Origin: an uncultured Faecalibacterium sp.
GTDB lineage: Bacteria; Bacillota; Clostridia; Oscillospirales; Ruminococcaceae
Assembly (NCBI GenBank): GCA_964649475.1
Contig: CAZYRD010000001.1
Coordinates: forward strand, 1-40,302
Direction of reading: 5' to 3'
Length of the DNA stretch: 40,302 nucleotides
Part shown: one piece after another, positions 27,809 through 37,024 of the stretch
Position numbering within the stretch: position 1 is the stretch's first letter
Layout: each line of letters opens with the position of its first letter
The notes under the pieces: model-generated
Database searches by the model: none
Told to the model about the DNA's origin: nothing
The model's input: the letters and a program-made list of their open reading frames with translations, nothing else
Position numbers and translations under genes: made by a program

Positions 27809-27888
27809 AACTTTTTCACTCTTCACTGCGCATTATTCACCGTTCACTATTCATAAAAACGATCGTCCTTTTATACGCTGTTATACGC

Positions 27889-27926
27889 AAAACCCGCTTC
27901 CGCACGGCTGTGCGGAAGCGGGTTTT
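27889..27926. terminator. Bidirectional terminator shared by the convergent ANT gene and serS
   Basis: AAAACCCGCTTCCGCAC-GGCT-GTGCGGAAGCGGGTTTT. Confidence 0.75.
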
Positions 27927-27972
27927 CATTGCATCGAACGGCTTATTTCTAAACGATTCAACGGGACAGAGC

Positions 27973-29268
27973 TTATTTCTCCACGATGCGCTCGGTGCCG
28001 CCCATATAGGGACGCAGAGCCTCGGGGATGCGGACGCTGTACTTGCCGTCGGCGTATTCCAGATTGTTCTCCAGGAAGGCGATCAGCATACGGGGCGGAG
28101 CCACGACGGTGTTGTTGAGGGTGTGGGCCAGGTACTTTTTGCCGTCCTCGCCCTTGACGCGGATGCCCAGACGGCGGGCCTGTGCGTCGCCCAGGTTGGA
28201 GCAGGAGCAGACCTCGAAGTACTTACCCTGCTTGGGGCTCCAGGCCTCCACGTCGTAGGATTTCACCTTCAGGTCAGCCAAGTCGCCGGTGCAGCACTCC
28301 AGCGTGCGCACGGGGATATCCAGCGAGCGGAACAGCTCGACGGAGTAGCTCCACATCTTATGGAACCAGTCCATGCTCTCCTCCGGCTTGCAGATGACGA
28401 TCATTTCCTGCTTTTCGAACTGATGGATGCGGTAGATGCCGCGCTCCTCGATGCCGTGGGCGCCTTTTTCCTTACGGAAGCAGGGAGAGTAGCTGGTGAG
28501 GGTAAGGGGCAGCTGGGCCTCGTCGGTCATGGTGTCGATGAACTTACCGATCATGGAGTGCTCGGAGGTACCGATCAGGTACAGGTCCTCGCCCTCGATC
28601 TTGTACATCATGGCGTCCATTTCCTCAAAGCTCATAACGCCGCTGACCACGCGGGAGCGGATCATAAAGGGAGGAATGCAGTAGGTGAAGCCCTTATTGA
28701 TCATAAAATCGCGGGCATAGGCGGTGACGGCGGAGTGCAGACGGGCAATATCGCCCATCAGATAATAGAAGCCCTCGCCTGCCACGCGGCCGGCGGCCTC
28801 TTTATCAATGCCGTTGAAGTGAGCCATGATATCGGTGTGGTAGGGGATCTCAAAATCCACCTTGGTCTGCTCGCCGAACTGCTGCACTTCCACGTTTTCG
28901 CTGTCGTCCTTGCCGACGGGCACGGAGTCATCCACGATGTTGGGGATCTTGAGCATCACTTCACGCAGGGCGGCTTCCAGCTCGGTCTCCTTTTCGCCCA
29001 GAGCCTTCAGCTCCTCGGCCTGCTCGGCAACCAGCTTCTTCCTGGCTTCGGCCTCCTCGCGCAGGCCCTTGCCCATCAGCATACCGATCTCTTTACTGAT
29101 CTTGTTGCGGTTGGCGCGCAGCTCGTCGGCACGCTTGTTGGCGGCCAGCTTTTCGTCGTGCAGCGCGATGGCCTGATCCACCAGCGGCAGCTTGGCGTCC
29201 TTGAACTTTTTGCGGATGTTTTCCTTGACCAGCTCGGGGTTTTCTTTGACAAAACGAATGTCCAGCAT
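27973..29268 (-). CDS. serS: Serine--tRNA ligase
   Basis: MLDIRFVKENPELVKENIRKKF coiled-coil N-terminus and class II core motifs. 431 aa. Confidence 0.95.
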   Translation of the reverse strand: MLDIRFVKENPELVKENIRKKFKDAKLPLVDQAIALHDEKLAANKRADELRANRNKISKEIGMLMGKGLREEAEARKKLVAEQAEELKALGEKETELEAALREVMLKIPNIVDDSVPVGKDDSENVEVQQFGEQTKVDFEIPYHTDIMAHFNGIDKEAAGRVAGEGFYYLMGDIARLHSAVTAYARDFMINKGFTYCIPPFMIRSRVVSGVMSFEEMDAMMYKIEGEDLYLIGTSEHSMIGKFIDTMTDEAQLPLTLTSYSPCFRKEKGAHGIEERGIYRIHQFEKQEMIVICKPEESMDWFHKMWSYSVELFRSLDIPVRTLECCTGDLADLKVKSYDVEAWSPKQGKYFEVCSCSNLGDAQARRLGIRVKGEDGKKYLAHTLNNTVVAPPRMLIAFLENNLEYADGKYSVRIPEALRPYMGGTERIVEK

Positions 29269-29480
29269 GATATTTCCTCCATTTTCGGGCGACGGCCCGT
29301 TGCGTTTGTGTTGGTTATATGTTCTTTTCTGACCGGTCAGAAAAGAACCAAAAGACCCGCCGCTCTTGCGAGTGAGCGGACCACGCTAAAGAAGTCAGTC
29401 GGTGCTTGCTTTTGCAGAAATTTGGCTCGATGACCTGCGGTCGCCTCGCCCTGCAAAAGCATATCGGCTGCGCCGATACC
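29269..29480 (-). promoter_or_regulatory. Structured serS leader; possible T-box-like attenuator (weak call)
   Basis: Minus strand has AGCGUGGUCCGCUC (imperfect match to the T-box GGGUGGUACCGCG), then hairpin CCGCUC-ACUCGCAA-GAGCGG followed by the U-rich CGGGUCUUUUGGUUCUUUUCU, and an upstream 10-bp-based hairpin GCUUUUGCAG...CUGCAAAAGC. The specifier loop and other Stem I elements were not identified. Confidence 0.3.
29320..29380 (+). repeat. Solo terminal-module-like copy of the palindromic repeat family, inside the serS leader
   Basis: TA then TGTTCTTTTCTGACC/GGTCAGAAAAGAAC (28-nt perfect palindrome at 29321-29348), then CAAAAGA, then hairpin CCGCTC/GAGCGG. This is the same architecture, with partly the same sequence, as both ends of the element at 37025-37455. 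Confidence 0.55.
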
Positions 29481-29534
29481 GCACCTCCTATTGAAATTGT
29501 GCGGCTGCGCCGCACGTTGGGAAAACGGGGTGGG

Positions 29535-30398
29535 TTACTCGCCCTTTTCCTTTTTATATTTGCCCAGCAGGTTGGCGAAATCCTTCAGCTGCTCGTCGCT
29601 GTAAAAGCCGATGCTCAGGGTGCCGCTGCCGTCCTTATAGGTGACGCGCACCTCGGTGCCAAGCACCTCGCGCAAAGCAAGCTCCACCTCGCCGGGCAGC
29701 GCCGGGGACAGCTTTACGGGCTTTGCGGTGGCGGGCTTTTTCAGCTTTTTGATCAGCTGCTCGGTATGGCGGACGGTCAGGCCGTCCTTCACCACCGTCT
29801 GCGCAGCGGAGCACTGTTCCTCGCCCGAGAGGCTGAGCAGCACCTTTGCGTGGCCGGTGGAAAGCGTTCCCGTATGCACCAGCTCCCGTACGGCGGGTTC
29901 CAGTTTCAGCAGGCGCAGGCTGTTGGTGACGCCGGTACGGCTTTTGCCCAGCCGGTCGGCGGCCTGTTCCTGCGTATAGCCGCAGTTTTCGATGAGCTGC
30001 TGGTAGCCGAACGCCTCTTCGATGGGGTCCAGATCCTCGCGCTGCAGGTTTTCGATCAGCGCGATCTCCATGGCTTCGGCGTCGGTGACGTCCTTGATGA
30101 CGGCGGGTACTTCGGTAAGACCCGCCATGCGTGCGGCGCGCCAGCGGCGTTCGCCAGCGATGATGCGGTAGCCGCCCAGTGGATTGGGCCGCACCACCAG
30201 CGGCTGCAGCACGCCGTGCTGGCGGATGCTGTCGGAAAGCTCGATCAAAGCCTGATCTTCAAAGGTTTTACGGGGCTGTTCCTTATCCGGTTCAATATCG
30301 GAAAGCCGCAGTGAGGTGGGCGCGCTGACGGTATTGCCCGCGCTTTCGGCAAACAGGCTGTCCAGCCCGCGGCCAAGCCCGCTTTTTTTAGCTGCCAT
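29535..30398 (-). CDS. parB: ParB/Spo0J chromosome partitioning protein
   Basis: GLGRGLDSLF N-terminal motif and IIAGERRWRAARMAG ParB box. Confidence 0.92.
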   Translation of the reverse strand: MAAKKSGLGRGLDSLFAESAGNTVSAPTSLRLSDIEPDKEQPRKTFEDQALIELSDSIRQHGVLQPLVVRPNPLGGYRIIAGERRWRAARMAGLTEVPAVIKDVTDAEAMEIALIENLQREDLDPIEEAFGYQQLIENCGYTQEQAADRLGKSRTGVTNSLRLLKLEPAVRELVHTGTLSTGHAKVLLSLSGEEQCSAAQTVVKDGLTVRHTEQLIKKLKKPATAKPVKLSPALPGEVELALREVLGTEVRVTYKDGSGTLSIGFYSDEQLKDFANLLGKYKKEKGE

Positions 30399-30410
30399 GG
30401 TTCGCTCCTT

Positions 30411-31172
30411 TTATTTATTGCGTTTGATGAATTCCACAGCCAGATCCAGATACGCCTGCGCGCCCTTGGAGGAGGCATCGTAATAATTGACCGGCATGCC
30501 GAAGCTGGGCGCTTCGGAAAGGCGCACGTTGCGGGGAATGGTGGTGCTGTACAGCTTGGTGCCGAAGTGTTTTTTCACCTCTTTCACCACCTGCAGCGTC
30601 AGGTTGAGGCGGCCGTCGTACATGGTGAGCAGCAGGCCCTCGATATCCAGATACGGGTTGTACATGGATTTTGTGTTGCGCACGGTGCTCATCAGCTCGG
30701 AAAGGCCCTCCAGCGCGAAAAATTCGCACTGCAGCGGAATCAGCACGGTATCGGCGGCGCACAGGCCGTTAAGGGTAAGCAGATCCAGCGAGGGCGGGCA
30801 GTCGATGAAGATGAAATCGTAGTTTTCCACCACATGGGCGATGGCCTCGCGCAGGCGGGCCTCACGCCGGGGCAGATCCACCAGCTCCAGCGAAGCGCCC
30901 GTAAGCGCCAGCGTGGAGGGGATCAGCTCGACGCGGTATTTGGTTTTGATGATGACCTCGGCGGCGGTTTTCTGTGCGGTGAGCAGATCGTACACGCTGC
31001 CGGAAATGCCGCGCTTGGAAATACCAAAGCCGCTGGTGCTGTTACCCTGTGGATCAAGGTCGATCAGCAGCACCTTGCGCCCCAGTGCGGCCACGCAGGA
31101 GGCCAGATTGACCGCGGTGGTGGTTTTACCCACGCCGCCCTTTTGGTTTGTGATGGCAACAACTTTTCCCAT
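30411..31172 (-). CDS. parA: ParA/Soj chromosome partitioning ATPase
   Basis: MGKVVAITNQKGGVGKTTT deviant Walker A. 253 aa. The start at 31172 follows GGGGAGAG. Confidence 0.92.
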   Translation of the reverse strand: MGKVVAITNQKGGVGKTTTAVNLASCVAALGRKVLLIDLDPQGNSTSGFGISKRGISGSVYDLLTAQKTAAEVIIKTKYRVELIPSTLALTGASLELVDLPRREARLREAIAHVVENYDFIFIDCPPSLDLLTLNGLCAADTVLIPLQCEFFALEGLSELMSTVRNTKSMYNPYLDIEGLLLTMYDGRLNLTLQVVKEVKKHFGTKLYSTTIPRNVRLSEAPSFGMPVNYYDASSKGAQAYLDLAVEFIKRNK

Positions 31173-31359
31173 ACATGCTCTCCCCTGCGTTGATTTTGGC
31201 CGCAAAAACGGTTCGTGATTCAGTATAGCACAGAAAAGCGCACTTGAAAAGGGCGAAAGTTGTTTTTTAGCGAGTTTTTGCGGGAAAAGTGTGGAAAAGA
31301 CGGCTGTAAAGCATTTCAGGACCGACTTGTAAGAGTATGGCAAATTTTCGGTTTCGTTT

Positions 31360-31393
31360 GGAACAAACGAAATGCCGGCCCTGCGTGGGCCGG
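31360..31393 (-). terminator. Candidate terminator after the noc-like gene
   Basis: Minus strand: CCGGCCC-ACGCA-GGGCCGG followed by CATTTCGTTTGTT. Confidence 0.5.
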
Positions 31394-31449
31394 CAAGAAA
31401 TATTTGGGCAGTTGACATCTTTGCGTTTTACGCAAAGGTGTCACTGCAA

Positions 31450-31465
31450 TGTTCCACGTGGAACA
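31450..31465. other. parS: parS centromere-like site
   Basis: TGTTCCACGTGGAACA is a perfect 16-bp palindrome and matches 14/16 of the Firmicute consensus TGTTTCACGTGAAACA. It lies between the noc-like gene and parA. Confidence 0.85.
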
Positions 31466-31487
31466 TTCCCTTTTGTGTGCGGTGTTT

Positions 31488-32303
31488 TCATTTCGCCTTC
31501 ACCGGAATACGCACCCGGTACTCGATATAATCCTCCATGCGGGTCTCGGTGCTTTCGGCGGGAATGCCCGCGCTTTTCATCAGACTGATGGCCTTGTTGA
31601 TTGTGTTGACAAAAATGCGCACGTCCCGCACCATGATGCGCCGCTTTGGGCGCTGCATGGGCGCGGCAGCCTCTTTGACCTTCTGCTCGGTTTTTGCCAC
31701 GCTCCAGCACTCCTTTGCGGCGCGGCGCAGCAGCGCAAGCCGCACCTCGCCCGCGGGCAGGCTCAGCACCGCGCGGGCGTGGCGCTCGCTCAGATGGCCT
31801 TCAATGCAGACGGTCTGTTCCTCATCGGAGAGGTTCAGCAGCCGCAGCTTGTTGCACAGGGCGGACTGGCTCATGCCAAGGCGGACGGCGCCCTCCTCCT
31901 GGGTGCAGTCCCAAAGCTGCAGCAGCAGCCGCAACGCCCGCGCCTGTTCAAAGCAGTTCAGGTCGCTGCGTTCGGCGTTTTCTATGTAGCCCAGCACGGC
32001 GCTCAGCGTGCCGTCCGCCTGACACACCAGCGCGGGGATCTCCTTCAGCCCCGCCAGCTTGCAGGCGCGCAGGCGGCGCTCCCCCGCGATCAGCTGAAAC
32101 CCGCCTTCCGGCAGGCGGCGCACGCTCACCGGCTGCAGCAGGCCGTTTTCGCGTATGCTCTGCGCAAGGCTTTCCACCTCGGCGGGGTCAAAATGTGTCC
32201 GTGCCTGGTAGGGCGACGGCTGAATGGCATCGATCTTCAGCCGCAGCACCCGTGCGGGCAGCTCGTCCCTTTTTTCCGGCCGCAGTTTTTCCAACAGTGT
32301 CAT
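31488..32303 (-). CDS. ParB-family paralog in the position of Noc (nucleoid occlusion protein-like)
   Basis: LIAGERRLRACKLAG ParB box. Located between rsmG and parA, as noc is in Firmicutes. Noc function was not established from sequence. Confidence 0.8.
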   Translation of the reverse strand: MTLLEKLRPEKRDELPARVLRLKIDAIQPSPYQARTHFDPAEVESLAQSIRENGLLQPVSVRRLPEGGFQLIAGERRLRACKLAGLKEIPALVCQADGTLSAVLGYIENAERSDLNCFEQARALRLLLQLWDCTQEEGAVRLGMSQSALCNKLRLLNLSDEEQTVCIEGHLSERHARAVLSLPAGEVRLALLRRAAKECWSVAKTEQKVKEAAAPMQRPKRRIMVRDVRIFVNTINKAISLMKSAGIPAESTETRMEDYIEYRVRIPVKAK

Positions 32304-32497
32304 TTTTCTTCTCTCCCCTTCTTTTCAACGCTCCGGCCGACAGTAAAAACCGCCGCGCCGCAAACAAAAAACCTCCGGTACGAAAACCGGAAACCACGCC
32401 TTCCTTTTCGGAAAACATATTTCCTTTGTTTTCAACATACCAGAGGTATTCCTGTTTGGCAACCGAAATCCTTCGACAGGCTTCGGGCGCGGGGGTG

Positions 32498-33196
32498 TCA
32501 TTTCAGCGGGGATTTTGCGATCTTGCCGCCGTTTCTGGGGTATACGGCGGGAGTTTGCGATATTTTTTCCACAAAAATCAGGCTGCGGGCGCTGGAATCC
32601 GGCAGAGTGAAGCGGCGGGTCTCCGTCAGCTTACCGCCCAGCTTTTTGATGGCTCCCTCGGCCTCGGCAGTCTCTCCGGCGGCGTCCGCCTTCATGGCGA
32701 TGAAGCGGCCGCCCACCTTCACCAGCGGCAGGCAGTACTCGCTCAGCTTGTTCATGGCGGTGACGCCGCGGGCAGTGGCCACGTCAAAGCCTTCACGCCA
32801 GCCTTTGCGGGCGGCTTCCTCGGCGCGCTCCTTGGCAAACTCGGCCTCGATGCCCAGCTCGCTGCACACCCAGCGCAGAAACTCCACCCGCTTGCCTGTC
32901 GGCTCCATCAGGCAAAGCTCCAGCTCCGGCTTGTACAGCTTTGCCACAATACCGGGAAAACCCGCGCCGGTGCCCACGTCCACCAGCCGTCCGGTGACCT
33001 CCGGCTGGGCTGCAAACAGCAGGCTGTCGATGAAATGCCTGTTTTCAATGCCCTCGGGGTCGGTGATGGCGGTAAGGTTTACTTTTTCGTTGTATTCCAC
33101 CAGCATAGCGGCATAGGCGTCCAGTGCGTCGATGCAGTGCTGCACCTGCAGGCCGCAGGCGGCGGCGTTTTGGGCAAACCGGGCTTTGTCGATCAT
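32498..33196 (-). CDS. rsmG: 16S rRNA (guanine527-N7)-methyltransferase
   Basis: VDVGTGAGFPGI SAM motif, GidB-like length and synteny. Confidence 0.92.
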   Translation of the reverse strand: MIDKARFAQNAAACGLQVQHCIDALDAYAAMLVEYNEKVNLTAITDPEGIENRHFIDSLLFAAQPEVTGRLVDVGTGAGFPGIVAKLYKPELELCLMEPTGKRVEFLRWVCSELGIEAEFAKERAEEAARKGWREGFDVATARGVTAMNKLSEYCLPLVKVGGRFIAMKADAAGETAEAEGAIKKLGGKLTETRRFTLPDSSARSLIFVEKISQTPAVYPRNGGKIAKSPLK

Positions 33197-33402
33197 GTGT
33201 GTTCTCCTGTCCTGTGTGCGGTGTTTTCTGGCGCCGGTGTTTTCAATACCGGTAATTTTTACCGCAGCGTATATTTTTCAACAGTTGTTAAATCCATGTT
33301 GAAAAGCCCCGCGGCGGCAAGGATATTTTTCGAAGAAAGGTGGTTTTTGGCAGTATTTCCGGGCCCCCATTGCGGCGGGATGGCGAAAATTTCAACAGCA
33401 GT

Positions 33403-35277
<1,875 letters not shown>

Positions 35278-35332
35278 AGAGACATCCTTTCGGATTTGTT
35301 TTTTGCAAAGGGAACTTCACACATCCGTGTGA

Positions 35333-35379
35333 TCACGAGGGGATCCTCATATCATAGGCTGCGCGAAGGGCCTCTTCGC
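35333..35379 (-). repeat. Short repeat (family 2) immediately after the mnmE stop
   Basis: CCTCATATCATAGGCTGCGCGAAGGGCCTCTTCGC (35345-35379) versus CCTCATATCAAAGGCTGCGCTAAGGTCTCTTCGC (37474-37507). Both are preceded by a GAGG-N4-CCTC hairpin. Confidence 0.7.
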
Positions 35380-35380
35380 A

Positions 35381-36883
35381 TCATTTACCCACGCAGAATT
35401 TACTGAACACCTCATCCACCACCGCGTCGGCGGCGTTCTGTCCGGTGAGAGAGTACAGCGCGGTAAGGGCATCCTGCACGCAGACGCCCACGGCGTCCAG
35501 ATCCAGCCCGGCGCGGCGTGCAGCAAGCGCTTCGCGCACGGCGGCAAGGGCCTCCCGTGCGCAGCCCAGCTGGCGGCGGTTGGCAAGCAGAGCGGCGTCG
35601 GGATCAAAATCCTCCAGATGCAGCAGCCGCAAAATGGCTTTTTCCAGCATGGCGCGCTGGGCGGCGTCACTGGCGGAAAGGCTGAGCAGCGCGGCCTTTT
35701 TCCTGCGGGCGCCGGGATCGGCTGCGGAAGCAGCATCAGTGGAAGCAGCAGCGGCATTTTCAACAGCTTCAAAGTATTCAACAGTTTCACCGTCATCGGA
35801 CTGCGGCGCGTATTCGCCCAGCAGGTCGGCGGCGCTCCACATGGGAGCAAGGTCATTTTTGTTCAGCAAAAACAGCACGGCGCGGCCGCCTGCGGCGTGT
35901 TCGGCGGCAAGGCTGCGGGCAAGGGTCTGCTCCTCCGCCGTCAGCGGGCGGGAGGTATCAAACACCGCCAGCACCAGCGCGGCAGTCTCCAGCTTTTCGC
36001 GGCTGCGGCGCACGCCTTCCTTTTCCACGGGGTCGGCGGTCTCGTGAATACCGGCGGTATCCGCCAGCAGCAGGGTCACGCCGTCCAGCGTGACGGTGTC
36101 CTCCACCACGTCGCGGGTGGTGCCGGCAATGGGGGTGACGATGGCCTTGTCGTAGCCGGTCAGCAGGTTGAGCAGCGTGCTTTTGCCCACGTTGGGCGCG
36201 CCCGCCAGCACGGTGGGAATGCCGCGGCGCACCGCGGCACCTTTACCGTATTCCGCCACCAGCTTTGCCAGCGCGGTTTCAAGCTCATGCAGGGTGGCGA
36301 TCAGCTGTTCGTCGCTCAGCTCCTCCACGTCCTCTTCGGGGTAATCCGTCCATGCGGCGATGTGACCGGCAAGCTCCAGCAGCTTTGCGGTCATGGCCTG
36401 CACGGTGTTCCACAGCGCGCCCGCCATGGCGGCGCCCGCGGCGGCGGCAGCCTGCGCGTTGTCGGCTTCCACAAGGTCCATCACGGCCTCGGCCTGCGTC
36501 AGCGAAAGCTTGCCGTTTTCAAAAGCGCGGCGGGTGAACTCGCCGGGGGCGGCCATCTGCGCACCGGCGGCAAGGCAGGCGTCCAGCAGCACACGCACCA
36601 CAGCGGTGCCTCCGTGGCAGGAAAGCTCCACCACGTCCTCGCCGGTATAGCTTTTTGGCGCGCGGAACACCAGCGCCACGGTCTGGTCGCATTTGCGCCC
36701 CGCAGCGTAAAAATGCCCGAACAGCGCGGTGTAGCCGGGGGAATCGGCCAGTTTTTTCTCTTTGTTCAACGGCACAAACACCTGTGCGGCAACGGCAAGC
36801 GCCTGCGGCCCCGAAAGCCGCACCACGGCAATGCCGCCCCTGCCCGGCGGTGTGGCGATGGCGGCGATGGTGGTCCCGTTCAT
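35381..36883 (-). CDS. mnmE: tRNA modification GTPase MnmE (TrmE) with an insertion in the G domain
   Basis: TIAAIATPPGRGGIAVVRLSG, GAPNVGKSTLLN, DTAG, NKND and the C-terminal CVGK. The start at 36883 follows AAGGGGGA. The 100-codon upstream extension was rejected. Confidence 0.93.
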   Translation of the reverse strand: MNGTTIAAIATPPGRGGIAVVRLSGPQALAVAAQVFVPLNKEKKLADSPGYTALFGHFYAAGRKCDQTVALVFRAPKSYTGEDVVELSCHGGTAVVRVLLDACLAAGAQMAAPGEFTRRAFENGKLSLTQAEAVMDLVEADNAQAAAAAGAAMAGALWNTVQAMTAKLLELAGHIAAWTDYPEEDVEELSDEQLIATLHELETALAKLVAEYGKGAAVRRGIPTVLAGAPNVGKSTLLNLLTGYDKAIVTPIAGTTRDVVEDTVTLDGVTLLLADTAGIHETADPVEKEGVRRSREKLETAALVLAVFDTSRPLTAEEQTLARSLAAEHAAGGRAVLFLLNKNDLAPMWSAADLLGEYAPQSDDGETVEYFEAVENAAAASTDAASAADPGARRKKAALLSLSASDAAQRAMLEKAILRLLHLEDFDPDAALLANRRQLGCAREALAAVREALAARRAGLDLDAVGVCVQDALTALYSLTGQNAADAVVDEVFSKFCVGK

Positions 36884-36926
36884 GGCGTGTTTCCCCCTTT
36901 GCGAAAAATCGGTTACAGTCACAGTT

Positions 36927-36935
36927 AGTATAACA
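36927..36935 (-). promoter_or_regulatory. Candidate extended -10 element of the mnmE promoter
   Basis: Minus strand: TGTTATACT (TGn + TATACT), about 40 nt upstream of the mnmE ATG. There is no good -35. Confidence 0.35.
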
Positions 36936-37024
36936 CAACGGAAACAAAAAGAAAAGAGGAGTTGTTTTTGAGAAGAGGCCGTCACGCGGCCGGTGTGGTG
37001 CGAGGAGAATCTCGTGCACTCGTA

